In this document: in pieces, positions 52,422 through 63,034 of the stretch
Position numbering within the stretch: position 1 is the first letter of the stretch
How the letters are laid out: every line of letters begins with the position of its first letter
From: Acidobacteriota bacterium
GTDB lineage: Bacteria; Acidobacteriota; CAIWXX01
Direction of reading: 5' to 3'
DNA: 64,000 nucleotides
NCBI GenBank assembly: GCA_040755995.1
Contig: JBFMAF010000037.1
Span: forward strand, 224,001-288,000
The notes under the pieces: generated by a model
What the model was told of the DNA's origin: nothing
Database searches by the model: none
The model's input: the letters and a program-made list of their open reading frames with translations, nothing else
Made by a program: the position numbers and the translations under genes

Positions 52422-55400
52422 ATGAAGCGAGACGAAGCGAAGAAGCGGACCAATGCAGCACGGCGGCCCCGCAAACCGGTTGAGGAGCGGGTCCAGCTGG
52501 CGGTGGAGGCTCTCGAGGTCGAGAAGCAGAGGCTGGAAAGGGCTTCGGTGGCCGGCAACGTGGCCCTCTGGGACTGGGATATCATCACGGGCGTTCTGGA
52601 GTGGTCCAGCGTCATTGACCCGATGCTGGGATTCCGCGAGGAGAAGTTCCCACGGACCATCCAGGCGTGGGGAGAGATCCTGCACCCGGACGATGAAGCT
52701 CGCGTCATGGAGACTCTGAACCGTCACCTGCGCGGTGAGGCGCCCTACGAGATTGACTACCGCGTGCGCCGCGCGGACGGCTCGTACATATGGTGGCGCG
52801 TGACCGGCGTCGCCGAACGCAACGCGACCGGAAAGGCCGTCCGCATGAGCGGCGCGTGCACGGACACCACCGAGCGCAAGCAGGCGGAGGAGGCGCTGCG
52901 CCAGGCTCGCGACACGGTGGAACGGCGCGTGCAAGAGCGGACGGCCGAGCTCGCGTCGAGCAACGAGCAGCTCCGGCGGCTGTCGAGTGAGCTAGAGCTG
53001 ATCATCGACAGCATCCCGGGCCGCGTCTTCTATAAGGATACCAAGAACTGCTTTATCCGTGTGAACAAGTACATGGCAGACGCCTACAAGATGACCAAGG
53101 ACCAGCTGGAGCGCGCCAGCGTGTTCGATCTGCATCCACGTGAACAGGCTCAGGCATACTTCGAGGATGATTTGCAGGTCATCAGAAGCGGAAAGGCCAA
53201 GCTGAACATTGATGAACCGTGGGAAACCGAGACGGGCGCCAGGTGGGTCAACACGAGCAAGATCCCCTATGTCAACGAGCAGGGTGAGGTCATCGGCGTG
53301 ATCGGAGTGTCGACGGATGTCACGGATCGCAAGAAGGCTGAGATGCAGGTCCGCGAAAGATCCGAGCAACTCCAGCGGCAGACCAGAATCATGGAAGGAA
53401 TCAACAAGGTCTTCCGTGAGGCCCTGATCCGCAAGACCGAAGGGGAAGTGGGCAAGGCCGCTCTTGGCGTAGCTGAAGAACTGACGGGCAGCAGCTTCGG
53501 GTTCATCGGCGAGATCAATCCTGCCGGCCTGATGGATACGATTGCGATCAGCAATCCGGGCTGGCATGCCTGCGACATCATTGTCTCCGACGCAAAGAAC
53601 TTCATCAAGCATATGCCGCTCAGGGGCATCGATCGAGCTACCCTGCGAGAGGGGAAATCCCGGATCGTCAATGCCGGCCAAATCGCGATGCATCCCGATC
53701 GCGTCGGCACGCCCCAGGGCCACCCTCCGATTACCTGTTTCCTTGGCGTCCCTTTCAAGCGGGAGGGCAAGACAGTCGGCATGATCGGCCTCGCGAACAA
53801 AGAGGGAGGCTACAGCCGGGAGGACCAAGAGGCCATCGAAATGCTCTCGGTGGCGTTCTACGAGGCCATGATACGCAAGCGGATGGAAACGGAACTGCAG
53901 GAGCACGCCGCACTAAAGGCTGCTCAGGCCGAGCTCTCCAACCTGATGCGCGGGGACCCGCACATCGATGTATTGACTCGCGACATCATCACATTCTTGT
54001 GCAGGCACCTGGAGGCTCAAACGGGCGTCATGTACCTGGCGAGTGACGATGGAACCCTCCGGCTGGTTGCCAGCTACGCATATAAGCGGCGAGAGCATCT
54101 GCCGTGTGAGTACCAGCTCGGTGAGGGATTGGTCGGCCAGGCGGCGCTGGGGAAGGAGGACATCATCCTGACCAACGTCCCGGAAGACTACATCTTGATC
54201 GAGTCCGGCCTCGGAGAGGCGGTTCCTCACAACATCTACATCAAGCCCATCGTCCACAACAGCAAGGTCGAGGCTGTCATAGAGCTCGGGACCCTGTACG
54301 AGTTCGCCGAATTCCAGTCGCACTTCCTGAACACGGTGAGCGAAGACATCGCCGTCGCCTTGGAGAGCGCGGAAGCTCGAGCGCTACAGGCCGAATTGCT
54401 GGAAGAATCCCAGCGGCTCACTGAGGAGCTCCAGGCGCAGCAGGAAGAGCTCAGGACCGCGAACGAGGAACTTGAGGAACAGACACAGCGGCTGAGGGAG
54501 TCGGAGGAGAAGCTGAAGACGCAGCAGGAGGAGCTCCAGGTCACGAACGAGGAGCTCGAGGAGAAGAACGAGCTCCTCGATCGCCAGAAGAAGGATGTGG
54601 AGCGAGCCAGGAAGGATATCGAGGAGAAGGCAGAGGAGCTGGCCCTGGCCAGCAAGTACAAGTCCGAGTTCCTTGCAAACATGTCACACGAGCTCAGAAC
54701 ACCACTCAACAGCCTGTTGCTCCTCGCGCAGTCGCTCGGCGATAACAAGAACGGCAACCTGACCGGCGAGCAGGTCGAGTCTGCCAGAATCATCCACAGG
54801 AGTGGCAGCGACCTGCTGAACTTGATCAACGAGATCCTTGACCTCTCCAAGATCGAGGCTGGCAGGATTGACCTGCAACTCGGCATCGTGCGAGTGTGTG
54901 ACCTCGCCGAAGGCGTCCGCGCCTCGTTCAAGCATATGGCCGAGGAGAAGGGGCTCAGTCTGGAGGTCGCCCTGCGCGAGGATGCGCCCACCGAGATCAG
55001 AAGCGACAGGAAGCGTGTCGAGCAGGTTGTCAGAAACCTGGTTTCCAATGCCATCAAGTTCACCGAGTCAGGAGGGGTAGCTGTCACCTTCGGGCGTCCC
55101 GTTGCCGGTACGGACCTCTCAAGGAGCCGCATGTTGCCAGATGAGTGCCTGGCTATCGGGGTCAAGGACACCGGCATCGGCATCGCACCTGAGCATCAGA
55201 AGATCATCTTCGAGGCATTCCAGCAAGCAGACGGGAGCACAGCGAGGGAGTACGGCGGAACAGGGCTCGGCCTGTCTATTTCGAGGGAGCTCGCGCACCT
55301 GTTAGGCGGTGAGGTTCAACTTGAAAGTGAACCGGGCATGGGATCGGTCTTCGTGCTGTACCTTCCCCTGGACTGCCCGACGAAGAGTCCCGGACACAGG

Positions 55401-56681
55401 GAGCCGCGCGCGCAACGAACAACGGGGAGAGAAATCGCAAATCACAAATCGCAAGTCGCAAGTCACAAATCCGCAGTTCCCGACGATCGCAACAGCCTCG
55501 CGGAATCCGACAGGGTCATTCTCGTCATCGAGGACGATGCGAACTTCGCGAAGGTGCTGCTCGACAAGTGTCACGAGCGCGGATTCAAGTGTCTGGTTGC
55601 ACCTACCGGAGAGGCGGGACTGGAGCTGGCGCGGAAGCACCTGCCCAGTGCCGTGATCCTCGATATTTGCCTGCCCGGTATGGACGGCTGGGCCGTGTTG
55701 AGCGCGCTCAAGGATGACACGCGCACCCGGCATATCCCGGTGCACATCGTCTCTGTGGAGGAGGCTTCGACTCGAGCACTTCGCAACGGTGCGGTGGGGC
55801 ACGCCACCAAGCCGCTTGACCAGGAGAGTCTTGAACATGCCTTCCGCAGACTCGAAGAAGTTGCGGCCAGAGAGCCAAAGCGAGTGCTGGTGGTTGAGGA
55901 CGATGCGGAGATCCGCCGCACGACCGTGAAGCTGATCGGAGACGGGGACGTCAAGGTCGACCAGGCGTCAACCGGGCAGCAGGCCCTGCAGGCGCTCCGA
56001 TCCGGCCGTTACGACTGCGTCGTCCTTGACCTGGGGTTGCCGGACCTGGACGGCCGGGAACTTCTCGTGACTCTCGATCGCGAAGGCGTAGAGCTGCCTC
56101 CCGTGATCGTTCATACCGCCCGCGATCTCACACGCGAGGAGGAAGCCGCCCTGCGCGAGCACGCCGAGTCGATCGTCATCAAGGACGTCCGCTCCCAGGA
56201 GCGGCTTCTCGACGATGTCTCGCTCTTCCTTCACAGGGTCGTGAGTCAGATGCCCGAGAAGAAGCGCCAGGTCATCCGAGACCTGCATGACACCGACGCG
56301 CTCCTCAGGGACAAGAAGGTGCTCATCGTGGACGACGACATGCGGACGACCTTCGCGCTGTCGCGGCTGTTGTCCGAGCACGGCATGAGGACCCTGAAAG
56401 CGGAGAACGGCGAGAGGGCCTTGAGGCTGCTGGAGGAACAGCCGGACGTGGACCTCGTGCTCATGGACATCATGATGCCCGTGATGGACGGCTACGAGGC
56501 CGTCAAGCGAATCCGGAATTCGGGAGGTGCAATACGAAACATCCCCGTGATCGCGCTGACGGCGAAGGCGATGAAAGAAGACCGCGAGAAGTGCATCGCG
56601 GCCGGAGCCAGCGACTACCTGCCCAAGCCGGTGGACCAAGGACGACTCATCTCGATGCTGCGCGTTTGGCTATACAGGTAA
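52422..56681 (+). CDS. Cytoplasmic hybrid kinase PAS-PAS-GAF-GAF-coiled coil-HisKA-HATPase-3xREC
   Basis: GEGLVGQAA, QQEEL repeats, FLANMSHELRTPLN, three receivers. Confidence 0.93.
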   Translation: MKRDEAKKRTNAARRPRKPVEERVQLAVEALEVEKQRLERASVAGNVALWDWDIITGVLEWSSVIDPMLGFREEKFPRTIQAWGEILHPDDEARVMETLNRHLRGEAPYEIDYRVRRADGSYIWWRVTGVAERNATGKAVRMSGACTDTTERKQAEEALRQARDTVERRVQERTAELASSNEQLRRLSSELELIIDSIPGRVFYKDTKNCFIRVNKYMADAYKMTKDQLERASVFDLHPREQAQAYFEDDLQVIRSGKAKLNIDEPWETETGARWVNTSKIPYVNEQGEVIGVIGVSTDVTDRKKAEMQVRERSEQLQRQTRIMEGINKVFREALIRKTEGEVGKAALGVAEELTGSSFGFIGEINPAGLMDTIAISNPGWHACDIIVSDAKNFIKHMPLRGIDRATLREGKSRIVNAGQIAMHPDRVGTPQGHPPITCFLGVPFKREGKTVGMIGLANKEGGYSREDQEAIEMLSVAFYEAMIRKRMETELQEHAALKAAQAELSNLMRGDPHIDVLTRDIITFLCRHLEAQTGVMYLASDDGTLRLVASYAYKRREHLPCEYQLGEGLVGQAALGKEDIILTNVPEDYILIESGLGEAVPHNIYIKPIVHNSKVEAVIELGTLYEFAEFQSHFLNTVSEDIAVALESAEARALQAELLEESQRLTEELQAQQEELRTANEELEEQTQRLRESEEKLKTQQEELQVTNEELEEKNELLDRQKKDVERARKDIEEKAEELALASKYKSEFLANMSHELRTPLNSLLLLAQSLGDNKNGNLTGEQVESARIIHRSGSDLLNLINEILDLSKIEAGRIDLQLGIVRVCDLAEGVRASFKHMAEEKGLSLEVALREDAPTEIRSDRKRVEQVVRNLVSNAIKFTESGGVAVTFGRPVAGTDLSRSRMLPDECLAIGVKDTGIGIAPEHQKIIFEAFQQADGSTAREYGGTGLGLSISRELAHLLGGEVQLESEPGMGSVFVLYLPLDCPTKSPGHREPRAQRTTGREIANHKSQVASHKSAVPDDRNSLAESDRVILVIEDDANFAKVLLDKCHERGFKCLVAPTGEAGLELARKHLPSAVILDICLPGMDGWAVLSALKDDTRTRHIPVHIVSVEEASTRALRNGAVGHATKPLDQESLEHAFRRLEEVAAREPKRVLVVEDDAEIRRTTVKLIGDGDVKVDQASTGQQALQALRSGRYDCVVLDLGLPDLDGRELLVTLDREGVELPPVIVHTARDLTREEEAALREHAESIVIKDVRSQERLLDDVSLFLHRVVSQMPEKKRQVIRDLHDTDALLRDKKVLIVDDDMRTTFALSRLLSEHGMRTLKAENGERALRLLEEQPDVDLVLMDIMMPVMDGYEAVKRIRNSGGAIRNIPVIALTAKAMKEDREKCIAAGASDYLPKPVDQGRLISMLRVWLYR

Positions 56682-57571
56682 TGGCAAGACAGGGTCCAAC
56701 GGGACAAACCCGACAGGCGGAAGCCTGTAGACCAAGCGAGACTGAAGAGATCGAGATCCAGTTGCTGCTGGAAGCGATTTACCAGCGCTACGGATACGAT
56801 TTTCGCTCGTACGCCCGTGCTTCTATCGACCGCCGCACGAGACAGTTCCTGTCCAGCTCAGGTTGCGCGTCGCTCTCTGAGATGATCCCGAAGGTATTGC
56901 ACGACGAGACGTTCTTCTCCCGGCTGGCACAGTACTTCTCGATATCAGTGACAGAGATGTTTCGCGATCCGTTCGTGTATCAGGCCGTCAGGGAGAAGGT
57001 GGTTCCGCTGCTCAGGACGTGGCCGTTTTTCAAGGTCTGGGTCGCGGGGTGCGCCACCGGCGAAGAGGTCTACTCGCTGGCCATTCTGCTCAAGGAGGAA
57101 GGCGTCTACGACCGGGCGACCGTCTACGCTACCGACTTCAACGACTCCACCCTCGATCGTGCCCGAGAGGGCATCTACGAGATGGGGAAGCTGCAGGAGG
57201 CGACCAGAAACTATCAGCAGGCGGGCGGCAAGGCGTCCTTCTCTGAGTACTACCACGCGAGGTACGACGCAGGGGTCATGGATCACTCGCTCAAGGAGCG
57301 CATCACCTTCGCCAATCACAATCTGACGGTCGACACTTCGTTCGGCGAGATGCACCTGGTCTTCTGTCGCAACGTGCTGATCTACTTCAACCGCGATCTC
57401 CAGAACCGCGCGCTTGGGCTTTTCACGGACAGTCTTGTGCATGGCGGTTTCCTGTGTCTAGGCACCGCGGAAGACCTGCGGCTCGCTGACGTGAGCGACC
57501 GGTACGAAGTCGTCGACGGGAAGGCGCGAATCTACAAGAAGTCGGAATGCGGGACGCGGAGCGCGGAGTGA
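56681..57571 (+). CDS. cheR: CheR-type protein-glutamate methyltransferase
   Basis: YGYDF, VTEMFRDP, AGCATGEEVYS, CRNVLIYF. Confidence 0.93.
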   Translation: MARQGPTGQTRQAEACRPSETEEIEIQLLLEAIYQRYGYDFRSYARASIDRRTRQFLSSSGCASLSEMIPKVLHDETFFSRLAQYFSISVTEMFRDPFVYQAVREKVVPLLRTWPFFKVWVAGCATGEEVYSLAILLKEEGVYDRATVYATDFNDSTLDRAREGIYEMGKLQEATRNYQQAGGKASFSEYYHARYDAGVMDHSLKERITFANHNLTVDTSFGEMHLVFCRNVLIYFNRDLQNRALGLFTDSLVHGGFLCLGTAEDLRLADVSDRYEVVDGKARIYKKSECGTRSAE

Positions 57572-58263
57572 AGATGAAGAGTGGACTGAACGAAGGCGGA
57601 CACGACTTCCGTGCCGTAGTGCTGGGTGCGTCGGCGGGCGGGTCCGAGGCGTTCGCGGGCATTCTTTCGACCCTCCCCGCCGATTTCGCACTGCCGATTC
57701 TAGCTGTGCAGCATCTTCATCCCATGGACGACGGTCAGTTCGCGAGCCACCTTGGCAGTGTCAGCCGGTTGACCGTCGCTACGCCTCGTGACAAGCGACG
57801 TATCGACCGGGGGCGCGTCTACGTGGCTCCGTCGAACTATCACGTGCTCGTGGAGCGGGACGGCTCGATTGCCCTGTCCGTGGACGAGAAAGTCAACTGG
57901 TCGAGGCTTTCTATCGACGTGCTCTTCGAAAGCCCCGCCCAGACCTGGGCGGATTCGCTGATCGCGGTCATCCTGTCAGATGCCAGCGCCGACGGCGCCA
58001 AGGGCACGCGCGCGGTCAAGGAGGCAGGGGGCCTCACGATCGTCCAAGACCCGGCAAGCGCCGAGTACCCGGTCATGCCCCAGGCAGCGATTGACGCAGG
58101 GGCAGTAGACGAAGTACTGACTCTTGAGGAGATCGGGCCGCGGCTGGCCAAACTCGGGACGCTCTCGAATACGGAGCTCGGAAGCCGGGATGGGGAACGG
58201 AACATGAACGATGAACGAATCCGAAACTCGGAACTCCGCGCTCGATCCGAAAGGAAAGACTGA
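57568..58263 (+). CDS. cheB: CheB-type methylesterase without receiver domain
   Basis: GASAGG, VQH, AP.NYH, SIDVLFES, DGA.G, QDP.SA..P.MP. Confidence 0.88.
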   Translation: MKMKSGLNEGGHDFRAVVLGASAGGSEAFAGILSTLPADFALPILAVQHLHPMDDGQFASHLGSVSRLTVATPRDKRRIDRGRVYVAPSNYHVLVERDGSIALSVDEKVNWSRLSIDVLFESPAQTWADSLIAVILSDASADGAKGTRAVKEAGGLTIVQDPASAEYPVMPQAAIDAGAVDEVLTLEEIGPRLAKLGTLSNTELGSRDGERNMNDERIRNSELRARSERKD

Positions 58264-58264
58264 T

Positions 58265-61024
58265 ATGGGCGAAGAAGACAAGAAACAAAACCTGGACTGC
58301 TCTTTGACTCCGCGCTCCGAGCTCCGCGTTCCGAGCTCGAAACAGAAGGTCCTGATCGCGGACGACAGGAAAGAAAATCTGGTGGCCCTGCGGCACGTGC
58401 TGCGTGATGTGGATGCAGAGATCGTCGCGGCGACCAGCGGCAATGAGGCCCTCGCCGCCACGCTGGAACATGACTTCGCCGTGGCAATTCTGGACGTAAT
58501 GATGCCTGGAATGAACGGCTACGAACTGGCCGAGCTCCTGCGCGGGGACAAGAAAACCGAAGTGATCCCGATTGTCTTCGTCACCGCCTCGCATGCCGAC
58601 GAGCAGCACATGTTCAAAGGCTATGAAGTGGGCGGCATCGACTACATCGTCAAGCCCTACGCGCCTGAGGTCATGGTCGGCAAAGTCAGGATGTTCCTCG
58701 AGTTGGCCCGCCACCGGCAAGAACAGCAAAGACATCGCGAGCGTCTCGAGACGCTGGTCGCAGAGCGGACAAGGGAACTGAGCGAGCGCGTCAAGGAACT
58801 CAGGTGTCTCTATCGAGTGTCCACGCTCGTAGCCGAGCCCGGAAGGAGTGTCGAGGACGTGTTCCGTACGAGCGTGTCGCTGATCCCGGCCGCCTTGCAG
58901 TATCCCGAGATAGCCTGCGCCAGGATCACGTTCGAGGGCCGGGAGTTCACCACAGCCAACTTCAGGGAGACCGCCAGGAAGCTGGCCGCCGACATCGTCG
59001 TCTCTGGAAAAGCAGAAGGATCAGTGGAAGTGTTCTATCTCAAGGGAATGCCCGAGGTCGAAGAAGAACCGTTCCTCAGGGAGGAGAGGGAGCTCGTCGA
59101 GGATCTGGCAAGGCAGCTCGGGGTCATGATGGAGCGCCAGCGGGCCGAAGCGAGGGTGCAGAGAGAGCGTCAGCGGTTCAATGAAATCCTGGAAAAGCTG
59201 CCGGTGATGATCTGCCTACTGACGCCGGATCATCATGTACCATTTGCCAATCGCTGCTTCCGCGAGCATTTCGGCGAGTCGCATGACCGGCGCTGTTTCG
59301 AGTATATCTTTCACCGAACCGAGCCGTGTCCTGAGTGCCAGGCCTTCACGCCGCTGAAGACCCACGTGCCGCATCATTGGGAGGGGGTCGCCCCGAATGG
59401 AAGCTATCTCGACATCCACAACTTCCCGTTCGCCGACGTGGACGGTTCCCCTCTGATTCTCGAGATGGATATCGACATCACCGATCGCAAGCGCGCCGAG
59501 GAGGCCTTGGCGAGCTCGGAGGCGAGGTTCCGCAGCTTTTTCGAGGGCGCGCCCGACTACTGCTACATGCTGGCCCCCGACGGTCGTATCCTTGATGTGA
59601 ACAAGGCCGCCTTGGCTGCGCTGGGCTACGACAAGAGCGAGCTGGTCGGGCAGCCCGTCCGGCAGATCTACGCCCCCGAGTCACAGCACGCAGTAGAGCA
59701 GGCGCTGGACGAATGGCGGCGGACCGGGAGCATCGAAGGCCGGGAGCTGCAGATCATTAGCAAGCAGGGGGCACAGCGCTCCGTGATACTCGACGTGGCC
59801 TCGGTCCGTAACGAGGAGGGGGCGCTCCTCTACTCCATATCCACGCAGCGTGATATCGCCGAGCGCAAGAAGTTGGAGGCGCAGTTCATCCAGGCGCAGA
59901 AGATGGAGAGTGTGGGACGGCTGGCCGGCGGTGTGGCCCATGACTTCAACAACATGCTCTCCGTGATTCTCGGCCGTGCGCAGCTGTGCCTGGATACGGT
60001 CGATCCGGCGCAGCCCCTTCATGGAGACCTCCAGGAAATCCTTAAGGCCGCCCGGCGCTCCGCCGACCTCACTCGTCAACTCCTCGCCTTCGCCAGGAAG
60101 CAGCCGGCCGCGCCCAAGGTTCTCGACTTGAATGAGACGGTGGAGGGCATGCTGAAGATGCTGCGGCGGCTTGTGGGCGAGGACATTGATATTGCCTGGT
60201 TGCCTGGCCACGGCCTCTGGCCCGTCATGATCGACCCCGCCCAAATCGACCAGATCCTGGCGAACCTCGCGGTCAACGCCCGCGATGCCATCGCCGGCAC
60301 CGGCAAACTCACAATCGAGACCGAGAAAGTCGTCTTCGATGAATCCTATTGCGCGAGCCACGTGGGTATGGTCCCCGGCGAATACGCGATGTTGGCCGTG
60401 AGCGATGACGGATGTGGCATGGAGAAAGGTGTCCTTGAGCACGTTTTCGAGCCCTTCTTCACCACCAAGGCGGCCGGCCAGGGCACTGGTCTGGGGCTGG
60501 CGACGGTGTTCGGGATCGTCAAACAGAACGAGGGCTTCATCAATGTGTACAGCGAGCCGGGCGAGGGATCGACTTTCAAGATCTACCTTCCGCGGCACCA
60601 GGGGAAGGCCGGTACACTGTCGCCGAACGAGGCGGAGGCGCCACCGAGAGGCGGCACCGAGACGCTGCTGCTGGTCGAGGACGAGACGGCGATTCTGCAA
60701 GTCGGCAAGCGCATGCTCGAACGGCTGGGCTATACGGTGCTGACCGCGAGTGCGCCGGGCGAGGCCATCCGCATAGCCGAACAGCATGCCGGGGTGATAC
60801 ACGCTCTCATCACCGACGTTGTCATGCCGGAGATGTCGGGGCGAGAACTGGCCGACCGGCTCAGCTCCTCGCGTCCAACCCTGAAACAGCTGTTCATGTC
60901 AGGCTACACGGACAACGCCGTCGCCCACCGCGGCGTGCTGCAGGAAGGCGTGCACTTCCTGCAGAAACCTTTCTCACTTCGGGACATGGCCGCCAAGGTG
61001 CGCGAGGCGCTGGAGGGGAAATAG
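58265..61024 (+). CDS. Hybrid kinase REC-GAF-like-PAS-PAS-HisKA-HATPase-REC
   Basis: [27 protein letters not shown]. Confidence 0.92.
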   Translation: MGEEDKKQNLDCSLTPRSELRVPSSKQKVLIADDRKENLVALRHVLRDVDAEIVAATSGNEALAATLEHDFAVAILDVMMPGMNGYELAELLRGDKKTEVIPIVFVTASHADEQHMFKGYEVGGIDYIVKPYAPEVMVGKVRMFLELARHRQEQQRHRERLETLVAERTRELSERVKELRCLYRVSTLVAEPGRSVEDVFRTSVSLIPAALQYPEIACARITFEGREFTTANFRETARKLAADIVVSGKAEGSVEVFYLKGMPEVEEEPFLREERELVEDLARQLGVMMERQRAEARVQRERQRFNEILEKLPVMICLLTPDHHVPFANRCFREHFGESHDRRCFEYIFHRTEPCPECQAFTPLKTHVPHHWEGVAPNGSYLDIHNFPFADVDGSPLILEMDIDITDRKRAEEALASSEARFRSFFEGAPDYCYMLAPDGRILDVNKAALAALGYDKSELVGQPVRQIYAPESQHAVEQALDEWRRTGSIEGRELQIISKQGAQRSVILDVASVRNEEGALLYSISTQRDIAERKKLEAQFIQAQKMESVGRLAGGVAHDFNNMLSVILGRAQLCLDTVDPAQPLHGDLQEILKAARRSADLTRQLLAFARKQPAAPKVLDLNETVEGMLKMLRRLVGEDIDIAWLPGHGLWPVMIDPAQIDQILANLAVNARDAIAGTGKLTIETEKVVFDESYCASHVGMVPGEYAMLAVSDDGCGMEKGVLEHVFEPFFTTKAAGQGTGLGLATVFGIVKQNEGFINVYSEPGEGSTFKIYLPRHQGKAGTLSPNEAEAPPRGGTETLLLVEDETAILQVGKRMLERLGYTVLTASAPGEAIRIAEQHAGVIHALITDVVMPEMSGRELADRLSSSRPTLKQLFMSGYTDNAVAHRGVLQEGVHFLQKPFSLRDMAAKVREALEGK

Positions 61025-61038
61025 AGCGCCTGCGGCGC

Positions 61039-62922
61039 TCAGGACCAAGACCTGAGGCCGATCATTCCCCAGTAGAGCAGGTACGCTGCAACGATTGTGT
61101 TGGCGACGCTCACAGCGATCGAGTGCCACCTCGCCCAACGGTTTACTTCCGATGCCGGAGCGCGCGCCGCGAGAAGGAGCCCGAGGACGGCCGCGATCGC
61201 AAAGGCCACGGTCAGCGCGCAGAAACCGACGGACCATACAGTGGGCCTCCCGAATCGCGGGATGAGATCTGTGCCGGCGACGGTCAACAGCACGCTTGCT
61301 GCGGCGAAGCAGAGGACCGAAACGAGCGGCACCACGCGGATGCGCAGGTGGCGCACGGCGCGCATCCGTCCGAGCAGCTTCCGCGGCAGCCAGATGATCG
61401 CGAAGCTGAGCGAGCTCAGCATGAGGGCGATCGATCCGATAGCCACGATGCGCTCGACCCACACGATCCAGCCGCGCACGGGGCGCCATGTGACCGAGTC
61501 GGTCTGGACGAAACGCCCCTCTACCGGGTCCTCGATCAGAGCGAGAGTAGCGACGGGATCCTCATCCTTCTCGCTCTTCTCCCGAAACAGCCGATCGTTG
61601 ACGCACACATAGCCGGTGCTCTCGCCCATGAATGGGTCCATGAACAGTCCGGATTCGCCGACCGAGATCGAGACCACGCCCAGGAGGTGCGTCATGAAAC
61701 GCGTAAGCTCCTGCCGCGGGCTGTCGAAGCGGTAGTAGCCCGAGTATCGTTGCGCGAGGTCTGCCGGGACTTTGGCGATCGGGGGCACGGCCGGCCTGGG
61801 CAGGTCCTTAGTGAGGTAGCCCTTGATTAGCTTCTCGATGCGCTCGAATGCGGGCGCGTTCCCGCCGTTGATCATGAAGCAGTATCCCAGACCTTCGCCC
61901 GGCAGATACCCCATGCTCGCGGCTCCTCCCTGGACTCCTCCGTCATGACCGTGATAGACGAACCCGCTGTCCACCGTCGTGTAGTTGCTCAGCCCGTAGC
62001 CGGTCGTGAGACCGGCGCGCGCGCTCCAGGTGCTCGCGGGCCTCTCCATCCGCTCGATCGACGAGGGCTGCAAGAGCATCCTTCCTTCGAACGAGCCGCG
62101 GTTCAGATAGAACCGCACGAGGTTTGCCATCTCCATGGGCGATGCGTTCACTGCGCCCGACGGTCGCATGCAGATGTGCCAGTATGGGTACGGGGTCACA
62201 CCGTCAGGATGGTAGAGCGTGGCAATGTTGGCCTTGACCTGGTCGGTCAAGAGGTAGCTCGCCGTTTTCATCCCGAGCGGCTCGAAGATCTGCTCGCGCA
62301 CGAAATCCTCGAAGCGGCTTCCCGAGATCCTTTCCACGATGCGCGCCGCGATGGGCGGTCCTGAATTGCAGTACGAGTAACGGGTTCCTGGTCTCCACCG
62401 CGACACACGCGACGCGGGGCAGTAGGCCAGGCCGTCGGCGAGGCTGATGTGGGGATCGTTCAAGGCATATTCCTTCAGTCGAAGGTCATCAAATCCTGTC
62501 GCGTGCTCGAGCAGATGGACGATACGGAGCGGATTGCTGTCTTCCCACGGATTCTCGAACCAGACGTCGGGTGCGCGCACGCGGACGAGGTCGTCAAGGC
62601 TGAGCTTGCCAGCTTCCTGGAGCATCAGCACGGAGATCGAGACGAAGCTCTTCGAGATCGAGCCGATCCGGAACAGCGTGTCTGCCGTAGCATCGCGGCC
62701 GGATGCCACGTCGGCCTTGCCTATTCCGGCGGTCCACAGCACGGCGTCCCGTGAGACCAGGGCGACCCCGACAGCGGGCAGCTTCGTCTCTTCCAACACC
62801 TTGCCGAGCTCCTTCTCGAGCTCGGGAATAGTCTGTGGCTTGGGCTCCTTCTTCTCCTCGGCCGCCCACGCCATAGGCGAACACAGCGCAACCCACAACG
62901 TGATCAACAGAAAGCGTCTCAT
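61039..62922 (-). CDS. Serine hydrolase (beta-lactamase/AmpC-like) with C-terminal TM helices
   Basis: Signal peptide, FRIGSISK (SxxK), YCN, HDG, about 4 TM helices. Confidence 0.9.
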   Translation of the reverse strand: MRRFLLITLWVALCSPMAWAAEEKKEPKPQTIPELEKELGKVLEETKLPAVGVALVSRDAVLWTAGIGKADVASGRDATADTLFRIGSISKSFVSISVLMLQEAGKLSLDDLVRVRAPDVWFENPWEDSNPLRIVHLLEHATGFDDLRLKEYALNDPHISLADGLAYCPASRVSRWRPGTRYSYCNSGPPIAARIVERISGSRFEDFVREQIFEPLGMKTASYLLTDQVKANIATLYHPDGVTPYPYWHICMRPSGAVNASPMEMANLVRFYLNRGSFEGRMLLQPSSIERMERPASTWSARAGLTTGYGLSNYTTVDSGFVYHGHDGGVQGGAASMGYLPGEGLGYCFMINGGNAPAFERIEKLIKGYLTKDLPRPAVPPIAKVPADLAQRYSGYYRFDSPRQELTRFMTHLLGVVSISVGESGLFMDPFMGESTGYVCVNDRLFREKSEKDEDPVATLALIEDPVEGRFVQTDSVTWRPVRGWIVWVERIVAIGSIALMLSSLSFAIIWLPRKLLGRMRAVRHLRIRVVPLVSVLCFAAASVLLTVAGTDLIPRFGRPTVWSVGFCALTVAFAIAAVLGLLLAARAPASEVNRWARWHSIAVSVANTIVAAYLLYWGMIGLRSWS

Positions 62923-63034
62923 TCAGCCTCCCCGTATTCTCGGATGTACCGAGTAGATACTACGGAGGCGTTCCCCGCAGGTTTCATGCCGCCCGTGACT
63001 CATCAGCGTAGGGCGGCGATCGCAGCGGCCCCCT

